Of a stretch of 64,000 bases of DNA, positions 9,495-18,717 are shown one piece after another. A program made the translations under genes and the position numbers. Source of the stretch: an uncultured Calditrichaceae bacterium (GTDB lineage: Bacteria; Calditrichota; Calditrichia; RBG-13-44-9; J075); assembly GCA_964522165.1 (NCBI GenBank), contig CAZFVV010000001.1, positions 23,394 to 87,393 of the forward strand, read 5' to 3'. The notes under the pieces were generated by a model. The model saw only the letters and a list, made by a program, of their open reading frames with translations. It was not told the DNA's origin and did not search any database. The first letter of the stretch is position 1, and each line of letters begins with the position of its first letter.

Positions 9495-12121
9495 AGGCCA
9501 GGATCGATACGGAATTCTTGCCCTTTGTCAGCAAGCCTGCGCGATACCTGGGAAACGAGTATAACGCCGTTCTGAAATCCCCCCGGCCGGGGGAACTGCG
9601 CGTGGCCCTGTGTTTTTCCGATTTGTACGAAGCGGGAATTCGCAATACTGCATTTGAGACGTTATACCACTGTTTGAACAGCCAGCCGAAAATTTCCGCG
9701 GAACGGGTTTATACTCCCTGGACCGACGCGGAAACGGTTCTGCACGCTGCCGCTATCCCACTGTTTTCGCTGGAATCCAAATTCCCCCTGAACAAGTTTG
9801 ATCTGCTCGTTTTCTACCTCCCGGATGTATTATCATTTACCAACCTCTTAACCATGTTGCATCTCGGCGGCGTTCCGCTTCGCTCCCGGGAGCGGAACGC
9901 CGGGGAACCGCCGGTGATTGGCGTCGGCCCCGCGCTCATCAATCCCGAACCGCCGGCTGTTTTCCTGGATGCGGCCGTTCCCGGGGACCCCGTAGCCGCC
10001 CTGTGGGAAATTGCCGCGGCGGCGGAACGCGCAAAGAGCGAGCGCCGAGACAGGCAGGAGTTCCTCCGGGCTATCGCGGCAATCCCCGGGGTGTATGTTC
10101 CTTCATTTTATGAGCCGTTGTATAACGATTTTAAGGAATTCCAGGGAATTACCCGCTTAGAGACTACCGCGCCGGAGCGTATCCGCAGCGCTGCCGCCGG
10201 GTCCGGCGCTAAGGATGAAAAAATCTGCCCGCTGAAACCGCTGCAGCCCCCGGGAGATTTGCCCAACAATCGCCCCGCGGCCGGCCAGTACGAACGCTTT
10301 ACGGGGGAAAATAACCGTTTCGCTCCCGGGCGGGTATTTCCCCCGGCGGTGCAGCAATCCGCGGAAAATTTGTACCGGGAATTGCAAAAATGCTTGCAGG
10401 GAAGCGGCGCGGAGCCGGCGGCGCGGTTATTATCCAATGATTCGCTTTTCCGGGAAACCGGTTGGGGATTCGCCAAGGAGAAATGCCTTGCAGAAGAGCA
10501 CCTGATAAGCGTCTCCGTTCCTTCTGCGGAATTAGCGCTGCGCCTGCCGGCAACCGGGGAGCTGGCCAACGCGCTGAAGGAGAATGGGTTCGCCCTCTCG
10601 CCCCTGGCTGGCAGCCCGCGCCTGCGCAGCGTGTTGAACCTGAACCTGCGCGACCAGGATATTTTAGACGCGGTCAAATTGGCGCTGGAGAGCGGCTGGC
10701 AAACCATCCGGCTGAATTTTATGCTCGGCCTGCCCGCCGAAAAGCCGGAAGATGCCGAGGCCATCGCCGCCCTGGCCAAAAAATGCCTGGATCTCGCCAA
10801 ATCCTATCCGGAAGCGCAGCTGCTGGTCTCGGCGCAGGGGTTTTCGCCGAAAGCTCATACGCCTTTCCAGTGGGAAAAACAGGAATCCGCGGCGCTGCTG
10901 GAAGAGAAATTCGAGCAGCTCCGGCAAAGCTTAGCCGACCTCCCGGTAAAAACCGTTTTTCAAAATCCCCGCCTGGCCAGCTTAGAAACCGCCCTCTCCC
11001 GGGGCGACCGCAGGATGGGCGAGGTGATCGAGAGCGCCTGGCAGCGGGGAGCGCGCCTCGACGCCTACAAGGAAACTTTTCGCGGGGAGGCCTGGGAGCG
11101 GGCGTTCCGGGAAAAGGAGATCGACTGGGAGGCCTGCCTCTCGCCCATCTCCGTTACCGTGGCGCTGCCCTGGGACCACATCGACCTGGGCGTCTCCAAA
11201 GCGGATCTCAAAGAAGAAAAGTTGCGGGCTTACCAGGGGCAGTTGCACCCCCGGAACAAGGATATGGTTTCGTTAGGCTACGGGGGATTGCCGCGAACGG
11301 AGTTCGAGGCGCTGCTGTGGAGCAATCTACCGGCGGAGCGGGGAAATAGCGCGGGGACGGTTTCCCGGCCCCGGCTCGAGGCGATGGCTGATTCGCAGGG
11401 GGAGGCCATCCAGTACGGCCGCCGGGAACGCAAGCGCCAGGCCCCAGTGCAGGTGATCAAGCGAAAAATCCGCATCCGCTATTCCAAATCCGGCCCGGCG
11501 CGGTTCCTTTCGCACCTGGACATCGTGCGGGTGTTCGACTTTTCCGCGCGGCTGGCGAAAATTCCCTTAGTATATTCACAAGGACTGCGCCCGAATCCCA
11601 AAATTTCGTACGCGCTTCCCCTAAGCCCCGGGGTCGCTTCCACTGCGGAGTACCTGGATATGGAAGTGGAAATCGGGCGGGAGACCGATATCCAGGGGCG
11701 TTTCAACCGGTTTTTGCCCGGCGGCATCCAGATTCTGCAATACCAGGGCATTTTCGCCAAAGTGCCGGCCCTGGCCGCGGTGATCAACCGCTCCACTTAT
11801 GAAACGCTGCTAACGGATTTCAGCCTGCCGGAAGAATGGGTTGCGGAGTGGCTGGCCCAACCGGAAGCGCCGGTTCGCCGGGAGACCAAGGAGGGGATGA
11901 AGGAGGTCGATATTCGCCCCTACGTACGCCAAATGAAGCGCACGCAGAGCAATTTAAATGTAACGATTGACATCATCGAAGGAAGAACTGCTAAAATAAC
12001 CGAAGTATTGGAATCGCTGCTTTCCCCCCGAGGGATCGAGTATCGAAAATTCCAGGTTCAGCGAACGGGACAATATATCGTCGAGAACGATTCGATTTTA
12101 ACACCTTTTGATATTATTTAG
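9485..12121 (+). CDS. Fusion protein: TIGR03960-like radical-SAM-family protein (N-terminal B12-binding-like domain) joined to a DUF2344/TIGR03936 'radical SAM-linked' domain. The canonical CX3CX2C motif is not detectable.
   Basis: N-terminus FVSKPARYLGNEYN...LRVALCFSDLYEAG matches TIGR03960. The C-terminal RIRYSKSGPARFLSHLDIVRVFDFSARLAKIPLVYSQGLRPNPKISYALPLSPGV matches DUF2344. The start overlaps the argR stop by 10 nt. Confidence 0.75.
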   Translation: MELKARIDTEFLPFVSKPARYLGNEYNAVLKSPRPGELRVALCFSDLYEAGIRNTAFETLYHCLNSQPKISAERVYTPWTDAETVLHAAAIPLFSLESKFPLNKFDLLVFYLPDVLSFTNLLTMLHLGGVPLRSRERNAGEPPVIGVGPALINPEPPAVFLDAAVPGDPVAALWEIAAAAERAKSERRDRQEFLRAIAAIPGVYVPSFYEPLYNDFKEFQGITRLETTAPERIRSAAAGSGAKDEKICPLKPLQPPGDLPNNRPAAGQYERFTGENNRFAPGRVFPPAVQQSAENLYRELQKCLQGSGAEPAARLLSNDSLFRETGWGFAKEKCLAEEHLISVSVPSAELALRLPATGELANALKENGFALSPLAGSPRLRSVLNLNLRDQDILDAVKLALESGWQTIRLNFMLGLPAEKPEDAEAIAALAKKCLDLAKSYPEAQLLVSAQGFSPKAHTPFQWEKQESAALLEEKFEQLRQSLADLPVKTVFQNPRLASLETALSRGDRRMGEVIESAWQRGARLDAYKETFRGEAWERAFREKEIDWEACLSPISVTVALPWDHIDLGVSKADLKEEKLRAYQGQLHPRNKDMVSLGYGGLPRTEFEALLWSNLPAERGNSAGTVSRPRLEAMADSQGEAIQYGRRERKRQAPVQVIKRKIRIRYSKSGPARFLSHLDIVRVFDFSARLAKIPLVYSQGLRPNPKISYALPLSPGVASTAEYLDMEVEIGRETDIQGRFNRFLPGGIQILQYQGIFAKVPALAAVINRSTYETLLTDFSLPEEWVAEWLAQPEAPVRRETKEGMKEVDIRPYVRQMKRTQSNLNVTIDIIEGRTAKITEVLESLLSPRGIEYRKFQVQRTGQYIVENDSILTPFDII

Positions 12122-12196
12122 TGTTCGAGTGTTATAGTGTTCTGGTGTTATAGTGCTTTAGTTTCTTCGCACTAAAACACTAAAACACCTGAACAC
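12121..12196. repeat. Long imperfect palindrome made of 8-nt periodic units: GTGTTCGA GTGTTATA GTGTTCTG ... AACACTAAAACACCTGAACAC
   Basis: Tandem GTGTTNNN units are mirrored by NNNAACAC units. Related copies lie at 13797-14052, 19648-19745, 35513-35595 and 62625-62660. Confidence 0.6.
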
Positions 12197-12261
12197 TTTT
12201 CCCCCGTTCTGTACCGTGATACAGCGACATCCGACGCCGCGGTTACCGCAATGAGGATACC

Positions 12262-13794
12262 ATGGCTATACGAAAAGAAATTGTTATCAATTCGACCAAT
12301 GAAGATACACGAATTGCGCTCCTGGAGGACGGGAAGTTAGTGGAGTTGTTTGTAGAACGCCCGGATAACGAACGCATGGTGGGGGACATTTATAAAGGGC
12401 GGGTAAGGAAAGTAGTGAAAGGAATGCAGGCGGCTTTTATAGATATCGGTTTTCAGCAGGACGGATTTCTGCACTTCTCGGACATGGGGAGTAACGTTAA
12501 CCAGCTCTTTGCCGATATCGAGGAAGAGGAAACCGAGGGAGGCGGCAAATCCCGCCCCGACATGGAACCTTCGGAGCTGCTGCGCAACGGGCAGGAAGTT
12601 TCCGTTCAAATCATCAAAGAACCGATCAGCAGCAAGGGTCCCCGGGTCACCACGGAATTGACCCTGCCGGGGCGCTTTTTGGTGCTGGTACCTAACCAGC
12701 ACCGGGTGGGGGTTTCCCGCAAGATCAGCACCAGCCAGGAACGGCGGCGGTTGCGCCAACTGGTGCGCAAAATGCTGCCGAAGAATTTCGGGTTGATCGT
12801 GCGCACCGTGGCGGAGGGAAAATCCGATGACGTGCTCAAGCAGGATTTGAACAGGCTGCTGAAAGAGTGGCAGGTCATCGAAGAAAAAATGCGCACCGCC
12901 AAACCGCCCATGCTGCTGTTCAAGGACTTAGGAATGGCCTCCAGCGTTATCCGCGACCTGTTTACCAGCGACGTTAAACGGGTGGTGGTAGATTCCCGGA
13001 AAATGCACCGCGAGATTACCCGCTACCTCAAGGAAGCCGGTTCGGAACTGCTGGAGCGGGTGGAATATTTCAAATCCAGGCGCCCGATTTTCGACGTCTT
13101 CAACGTCGAAGAAGAAATTCAAAAGAGCTTGCAGAAAAAAGTGTGGATGAAAAACGGCGGGTACGTCATTATCGAGCATACCGAGGCGCTTACCGTGGTG
13201 GACGTAAACAGCGGGCGGTATTTCGGAAGGAAAGACCACGAGAAGAATTCCCTGAAGATCAACCTGGAGGCGGCGCGGGAGATAGCCCGGCAATTGCGCC
13301 TGCGTGACGTCGGGGGATTGATCGTCATCGATTTCATCGACATGGAAGAAGAGGGAAACAAGCGCCGGTTATTTATGGAACTATTGAAAGAATTCAGCCG
13401 CGACCGCGCCGCCAGCAACATCCAGGAATTGAGCAAATTCAGCATCGTGGAAATGACCCGGGAGCGCATCCGCCCCAGCCTGATCTACAATATTACCGAG
13501 CCTTGCGCGGTGTGCGAAGGCACCGGGCTGGTGCCGACCCGGGGAACCGTGCTGGCGCACATCGAGCGCGCCCTTCGCCGCTACGTGGCTACCCGTTTGG
13601 ACCGGCGGGTGATTCTGCAAGTTCACCCGAGCATGGCGGAGTTCCTGAACAACAAGCCCTTCGGGCGGCGCTTCCGCTTGATGTGGAAATACTGGGTAAA
13701 GATCATTTTAGAACAAGATACAACCCTGGCGCCGCACCAGTTCCGGCTGCTGGTGAAGCGCAACCGCGAAGACGTGACCGGGAAATTCTCATAA
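12262..13794 (+). CDS. rng: Ribonuclease G (RNase E/G family)
   Basis: 510 aa. The S1 domain with GDIYKGRV...AAFIDIG, a DNase-I-like catalytic core and a C-terminal Zn-link CAVCEGTG are present. Confidence 0.88.
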   Translation: MAIRKEIVINSTNEDTRIALLEDGKLVELFVERPDNERMVGDIYKGRVRKVVKGMQAAFIDIGFQQDGFLHFSDMGSNVNQLFADIEEEETEGGGKSRPDMEPSELLRNGQEVSVQIIKEPISSKGPRVTTELTLPGRFLVLVPNQHRVGVSRKISTSQERRRLRQLVRKMLPKNFGLIVRTVAEGKSDDVLKQDLNRLLKEWQVIEEKMRTAKPPMLLFKDLGMASSVIRDLFTSDVKRVVVDSRKMHREITRYLKEAGSELLERVEYFKSRRPIFDVFNVEEEIQKSLQKKVWMKNGGYVIIEHTEALTVVDVNSGRYFGRKDHEKNSLKINLEAAREIARQLRLRDVGGLIVIDFIDMEEEGNKRRLFMELLKEFSRDRAASNIQELSKFSIVEMTRERIRPSLIYNITEPCAVCEGTGLVPTRGTVLAHIERALRRYVATRLDRRVILQVHPSMAEFLNNKPFGRRFRLMWKYWVKIILEQDTTLAPHQFRLLVKRNREDVTGKFS

Positions 13795-13796
13795 AA

Positions 13797-14052
13797 CTGT
13801 GTTCGGGTGTCATGGTGTTCGGGCGTTATAGTGTTCGAGTGTTTTAGTTTCGGGTTTTACGTTTTAAGTTTTGGTTCTCTATCATAATTTTACGTGAATT
13901 AAGGGTTGAAATATCTGATTGGATTCGGAGGGGACAGGGGGGAGGTCATAAACCGATTTTACGATAAGTTCTATACCGTGCTTCCAACCCTTAATTGGCA
14001 TTAAAACACCAAAACACTTGAACACTAAAACACTAAAACACCATAGCACCGC
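13797..14052. repeat. Nested composite repeat: a GTGTTNNN-type left arm (13797-13860), an inner element bounded by GAATTAAGGGTTG...CAACCCTTAATTGG (13888-14000) containing GGGGACAGGGGGGAGGTCATAA, and an NNNAACAC right arm (14000-14052)
   Basis: Read directly from the sequence. The inner element recurs at 62650-62800 attached to only a left arm. Confidence 0.6.
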
Positions 14053-14092
14053 AACACTTTTTATCAACCTTTTATCGAAGGAGATTTTTTTA

Positions 14093-15253
14093 ATGGATTA
14101 CTATCGTTTCGGAAGAGTGTTAGTGCCGGAAGGCGGCATATTCGATGATATTCAGAGCGCGCTCCAGTTTGCCGACCGGGTGGAGGCGGAGCCGCTTGCG
14201 GAGCAAATTCAGCAGCTGAGCTTCACCACCGACGAAGAGGGGCTTCTCACCGTGCTGATCAACAACAAACGCTATTTCATTACCCTCTCGGCCCTGAAGG
14301 AGTTGTGCAAACTGTTGAAAGTTCCGGCCAGTTACATCAACAAGTTCCCGGGGCGGAGCCTGGTGCTGGAAAATTTGAATAATAATCCCTATCTGAAAGA
14401 GAACGCCGATCCCATCAAACTGGTGATCTGGAACCATGAAGAGCAGCCGGTCATTGCCGGGGTGCTGCCGGGGAACGACCCGGGCATGTCATTGAAAGCG
14501 TATTTCGAGCTGCTGCACGATGAGAAAGTGTTCGAGCGGGAGAGCACCCAGCTCGACCAGATCGTCATCACCGGGGAAGAAGCGGCGCTCTACTTTTATT
14601 TGACCGATGAGATCACCCGGGAGGGTTTCGGGTTCAACCTCGGCTACGCTTTCCACTATTCGCCTACCCTCTCCGCGGATTTTGTGGTGCAGCCGTTTTG
14701 CAAAATGTCCGTGGTGGCGCCCAGTGGGGAGCCGTTCGATTTCGATTTCGAGAGCACGAAGAAACTGCACGCGGCCAAACGCAAAAAAGAGGATTTTTTG
14801 CAGAAAACCCTGGAGCTGAGCCAGACCTACCAGGGGCAGGACCTGGGCATGTACGCAGAAGAAGTGCTCAAATTCGGCACCGTGTCGCGCAACCTCGACA
14901 CCGTTAAATACGCCCTGCTGAAATATTTCAAATCCCGCGCCCTTTCCATCTACAATTACGGCGGGGTAAAGGTGGACGGCAACGAGGTGGCCCAGGAAGT
15001 GATCCCGGAGTACAAACAGTTCTACAGCGCCAACCAGGAGGACCTCAAGCAGATGGAAACCTACGCGGCCAACAACTTGCCGGTAAGTTTCTACCTGCCG
15101 GTCTATTTGAACCGCATTTTCACCTTCCAGGCCAATATCGAAAACCCCAATTTTCTGATTCGCTACCGCAAAGCCATCGGGGCGACCCTGAACAAGGTTT
15201 TAGATGAAGTGGGAGACGTGATGGTGGACGTGGAGAGAGACGAGGATAAATAA
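14093..15253 (+). CDS. Hypothetical protein (386 aa). The start is taken at MDYYRFGR with an AAGGAG RBS; the upstream ATG at 14018 lies inside the repeat.
   Basis: Long ORF with a good RBS (GAAGGAGATTTTTTTAATG). No recognisable motif. Confidence 0.65.
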   Translation: MDYYRFGRVLVPEGGIFDDIQSALQFADRVEAEPLAEQIQQLSFTTDEEGLLTVLINNKRYFITLSALKELCKLLKVPASYINKFPGRSLVLENLNNNPYLKENADPIKLVIWNHEEQPVIAGVLPGNDPGMSLKAYFELLHDEKVFERESTQLDQIVITGEEAALYFYLTDEITREGFGFNLGYAFHYSPTLSADFVVQPFCKMSVVAPSGEPFDFDFESTKKLHAAKRKKEDFLQKTLELSQTYQGQDLGMYAEEVLKFGTVSRNLDTVKYALLKYFKSRALSIYNYGGVKVDGNEVAQEVIPEYKQFYSANQEDLKQMETYAANNLPVSFYLPVYLNRIFTFQANIENPNFLIRYRKAIGATLNKVLDEVGDVMVDVERDEDK

Positions 15254-15332
15254 GTTGACCAACGATGTTTGAATTTTTCATCGGCGTGATTAATTGCCAA
15301 TTGGCAATTGGCAATTATGTCCTGGCCGGTTT

Positions 15333-15806
15333 TCAGGGCAGTTGGGCGGGGAAATTGGGGAATAACCGGGAACGGTCTGACTCTCCTCCCGGGCCAAAAA
15401 AGCGTAATTGGCCGGATTCATCGCACAGCCAGACCTCTTTTGCCCCGGCCTTGAAATACAATTGCATTTTGTGCTGCATTTCTTCAGGGGTGTTGGAAGG
15501 AGAGAGAATTTCGATGCAGAGTTCCGGGGCCTGCATGTATGGTGTATGATAGCCATGCGCCTTTAAAAATTGATCCGATACCCAGGCAGCATCCGCCACT
15601 TTAACGCCTTCAGGGGTTTGTACAGAGCATTCTGCAATAAGATCCCCTGCCGATATTTTCTGTCCTAGATAGCGGATAATCTTCGATTGGTAATGCCCGT
15701 GTTTATTGGACGCCGGCGTCATAACGATTTGCCCCCACTCGTTAAGCTCGATCTTGAAGGGGAGATCCTTCAAAAGCGGATTGTCGCACACTTCCTGCCA
15801 GTTCAT
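15333..15806 (-). CDS. Uma2-family (DUF820) putative restriction-endonuclease-fold protein
   Basis: 157 aa. The conserved block ELCIEILSPSNTPEEMQHKMQLYFKAGAKEVWLCD and the family's N-terminal layout match. Confidence 0.78.
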   Translation of the reverse strand: MNWQEVCDNPLLKDLPFKIELNEWGQIVMTPASNKHGHYQSKIIRYLGQKISAGDLIAECSVQTPEGVKVADAAWVSDQFLKAHGYHTPYMQAPELCIEILSPSNTPEEMQHKMQLYFKAGAKEVWLCDESGQLRFFGPGGESDRSRLFPNFPAQLP

Positions 15807-15933
15807 CTTTCCATTCCTTCCGAATTGATTCGCTTAAAGATAACCGCCCTGCCGGGCTTTTGCAATTCAAAAAACCGCTCCGCCGGAAATCTTCCGGAGA
15901 AAAAATTCCCGCTCAAAACTTAACGGCATATCT

Positions 15934-17010
15934 TCACTCCTCTTCCTCTTCTTCCCCCGCCTCGCCGGTTAACTCCGCATATTCTTCCCGGCACTCTTCG
16001 ATGCGCTCCAATACCGGCTCCGCCGCTTCCAGATATCCCATTTCCCTTGCAAACGTGAAAAAACCGGCGAAGGAATCCGGCAGGATCGCCTCGCCTTCCG
16101 GACGGTGCTCTACCTTGCGGAGGTAGTAATCTAACAGGTATTCCTCCACATGGTCGGCGGTGCAGTTCAACAGGGTGGCGCGGTGGGATTCTTTCAAGAA
16201 GGGATCGAGAAAAGGCTGTAAATTGCCCCGGTGCGCGGCAATCTCTTCCTCCGGCAGTTGGAGATATTCCAGGTAGCGCCGGAAGAGGTCTAACACCCGG
16301 TTTTGGAAATCCAGCGCTTTGGGCAGCACCGGGTTATCCGGGGCGATGAAGTCGATCTGCGAATAGTTGGCTTTCAAATAATCCTGCAACGCCGCCAGGT
16401 TCGCCTGTTCTTCCGGGCTGAGCAGGGAGCGCGCTGCTTCCGGATCCGGGGCGGGGATGGCGGTTGCGGCGCCGATTTCCCACTCCTGCGGAAATTCTCC
16501 TTCCGGCAAAAAGGTTGCAAGCTCCATGGCCGCCTTGAATTCCTCCGCGGTATAGCGGCTGCGCTCTTCCGGGTCGTGGGCCATGGGAAAAACCTGAATA
16601 TGGCGCTTGAGCAGCAACTCCGCCAACTCCTCGAAATCTTGTTCCGCGCGGGCCAGTTGGGAATAGGCTTCCCGCACCGGCAGCAGCAGGGATGCCCGCT
16701 TTTGCAGGTCCTTTTCGGAAAAGGCTTTATGGAAGCCCTGAACCACGAACGCGGTTCGCTCGGCCTGGGAGACGTCATTGGGGTCGCCGGCTAAAAACAG
16801 CGGCTGGGCAAAATCAAAAATTTTCTGCATTTGTCCCTGCATGGCCGGGGGAATACTGCCGGGCAGCCCTCCCGGCATACCGGGCATTCCCGGGAATTGC
16901 GGGGCTGCTTGCTTTGGCCGGAGTTTGCGCCACTCCTTTTTCTCGCTGCGCCGTTTCAGCGATTTGGCCTGGCGGCGTTTCTGGCTCTGCTTTTTGTTCT
17001 TCTTGCCCAT
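15934..17010 (-). CDS. Hypothetical protein with a Lys/Arg-rich N-terminus, a PGMPGMPGG repeat and a poly-Glu C-terminus
   Basis: 358 aa ORF with coding-like composition. No family recognised. Confidence 0.6.
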   Translation of the reverse strand: MGKKNKKQSQKRRQAKSLKRRSEKKEWRKLRPKQAAPQFPGMPGMPGGLPGSIPPAMQGQMQKIFDFAQPLFLAGDPNDVSQAERTAFVVQGFHKAFSEKDLQKRASLLLPVREAYSQLARAEQDFEELAELLLKRHIQVFPMAHDPEERSRYTAEEFKAAMELATFLPEGEFPQEWEIGAATAIPAPDPEAARSLLSPEEQANLAALQDYLKANYSQIDFIAPDNPVLPKALDFQNRVLDLFRRYLEYLQLPEEEIAAHRGNLQPFLDPFLKESHRATLLNCTADHVEEYLLDYYLRKVEHRPEGEAILPDSFAGFFTFAREMGYLEAAEPVLERIEECREEYAELTGEAGEEEEEE

Positions 17011-17088
17011 GTTCGCTCCTCTTTCGTCACTTTCGTAGCTGGCGAAGCCACCACTTTGTAGCCGGTTTAACCCCCCTGCCCCCCTCTT

Positions 17089-17793
17089 TCACCTTACCCG
17101 CCCGGTCATCTCTCTCATCCAATGGTGCAGGGGCGATAAATCTTTGAATTTAGCAAAGCAAAAATCCGCAAAAGCGGGAGAGTGCAGCTCCGCGGGGTGG
17201 CCGCCTTCCCAGTAGGCGTACAGCCCTTTGTAGAGCAGCCAATCTGCCAGGGGATGGCCGGCGTCGTAACCGCGGGGCGTTTTTTTATATTTGTCGCCGC
17301 CGATTTTGCAAGCGGGATGTTTGGCAACCGCCTGGGCCGCTTTTGCCAGCGCCGGGCCGTGAACGGGATGCACCACGGACTGGCGGTAGGTTTCCATGAT
17401 GTAAGGCGGAAACATGTACAGCCCCGCGCCTAAGAAAATTCCCGAACCGTCCAATTGAAAGTAGTACCCCGAATTTTCCATCTTTTTATGCGGCCCCTCC
17501 CAGAATAAGATGCCCAGGTGGGTTTTGAAAGGCGCTTTATCCTTGCTGAAGCGAACGTCGCGGTAGAGGCGGAAGATCGACTGGTCGATGCGGGGGTCGG
17601 CCACCACTTTCGGGGAGATGGCGGCCAGGCGCTTGCCCAGCGCAATCACGAACGCCTGCGCGGGAGCCAGCACCTGGGTTTCATACACTTTCCGGTGCGC
17701 CTCGAACCATTGTTTATCATTATTGCCGGAGAGGTCCCGGAAAAACTGCGCCGCTGCTTTCGGGAAGCCGGTGAATTCGGAAGATAGCGCCAT
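17089..17793 (-). CDS. DUF2461 / TIGR02453 family protein
   Basis: Start taken at MALSSEFTGF. Conserved FFRDLSGNNDKQWFEAHR and YRDVRFSKDKAPFKTHLGI blocks are present. The longer upstream ORF is a translation of the tandem repeat. Confidence 0.75.
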   Translation of the reverse strand: MALSSEFTGFPKAAAQFFRDLSGNNDKQWFEAHRKVYETQVLAPAQAFVIALGKRLAAISPKVVADPRIDQSIFRLYRDVRFSKDKAPFKTHLGILFWEGPHKKMENSGYYFQLDGSGIFLGAGLYMFPPYIMETYRQSVVHPVHGPALAKAAQAVAKHPACKIGGDKYKKTPRGYDAGHPLADWLLYKGLYAYWEGGHPAELHSPAFADFCFAKFKDLSPLHHWMREMTGRVR

Positions 17794-17810
17794 GGCAGGT
17801 TCCTCTTTAA

Positions 17811-17874
17811 TAGTTTCGAGTTTTGAGTTTTGAGTTTTGAGTTTTGGGTTTTGGGTTTTGGGTTTTGGGTTGGG
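17811..17874. repeat. Tandem 8-nt repeat (GTTTTGAG x3 then GTTTTGGG x4) immediately upstream of the DUF2461 gene
   Basis: Direct tandem array readable in the sequence. Confidence 0.75.
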
Positions 17875-17895
17875 AAACACCCCAATACTTTGAAT

Positions 17896-18606
17896 TCAGG
17901 CTCTAAAAACCTTCAAAACCGCTTCGGTGTCGGCAAAGTTCGGCAGCGCGGCGTCGGGGGAATGTTCCATTAAGTCGGCGACGCTCCAGGCGCTGGTGGC
18001 CACGGCCAGGCTGCGCAGCCGGTTCACTTTGGCGCACTCCACGTCTTTGGGCGTGTCGCCGATGATCCAGACGTTCTGCGGGGGAAAACTTTCTCCGCAG
18101 AGCGTTTCCGCCCGCCGCAGGGCAAACCCGGGCAGTTGATTGCGGTCGGCGTGGTCGTCTCCATAAGCGCCGAAAGAGAAAAAGGAATTCAATCCCGCCG
18201 CTTCCAATTTGATCCGCGCTCCCTGCTCGATATTGCCGGTGAGCAGCGCCGGCACGAATTCTCCGTTGTGCGAGACCGTTTCCAACAGGGTTTTTACCCC
18301 GGGCAGAATTTCCACGGTGTCGGGAGAGCTCATCAGCGGTTGCAGCTTTTCCAGGTAGCGCGCCAGCACCCGCTTCAGGGCAGTTTCCGGTTCCTCCACC
18401 TCGATGCCGTTTTTCGCCAGCATTTCGGCGATGATCCGGCGGTCGGTAGAGCCGGCAAAATCTTTGAACTCCATCCGGATCGAGCGCCCGAACTCCGCCT
18501 CCGCCGCGGCGACCATGGCCTGGCGCCCCCGCCCGCGGGTCAAAATCAGGGTTCCGTCAACATCGAACAGCAGCAACTTGCGCTGAGAGCGGTAAGAATT
18601 CATCAA
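17896..18606 (-). CDS. HAD-family hydrolase (phosphoglycolate phosphatase-like)
   Basis: LLLFDVDGTLI (motif I) and IIGDTPKDVECAKVNRL (motif IV) are present. Confidence 0.8.
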   Translation of the reverse strand: MMNSYRSQRKLLLFDVDGTLILTRGRGRQAMVAAAEAEFGRSIRMEFKDFAGSTDRRIIAEMLAKNGIEVEEPETALKRVLARYLEKLQPLMSSPDTVEILPGVKTLLETVSHNGEFVPALLTGNIEQGARIKLEAAGLNSFFSFGAYGDDHADRNQLPGFALRRAETLCGESFPPQNVWIIGDTPKDVECAKVNRLRSLAVATSAWSVADLMEHSPDAALPNFADTEAVLKVFRA

Positions 18607-18621
18607 ACTCCTTTCAGAAGT

Positions 18622-18712
18622 GAGACGTGATGCGTGAAGCGTAATGCATAAAAAACGGAATACGCAATACGGAATACTTATTACGAGTTACGCATCACGT
18701 TTCACGCTTCGG
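18622..18712. repeat. Hairpin repeat of the CGTGAAGCG/CGTAATGC family
   Basis: GTGATGCGTGAAGCGTAATGCAT...ACGAGTTACGCATCACGTTTCACGCTTC forms an inverted repeat. A related copy is at 49143-49240. Confidence 0.55.
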
Positions 18713-18717
18713 CTCCA

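Noticed and set aside
14018-14092. Upstream ATG at 14018 as the start of the 14018-15253 ORF
   Set aside because: The extra 25 codons translate the GTGTT-type repeat (…KHHSTATLFINLLSKEIFL). A strong RBS precedes the ATG at 14093.
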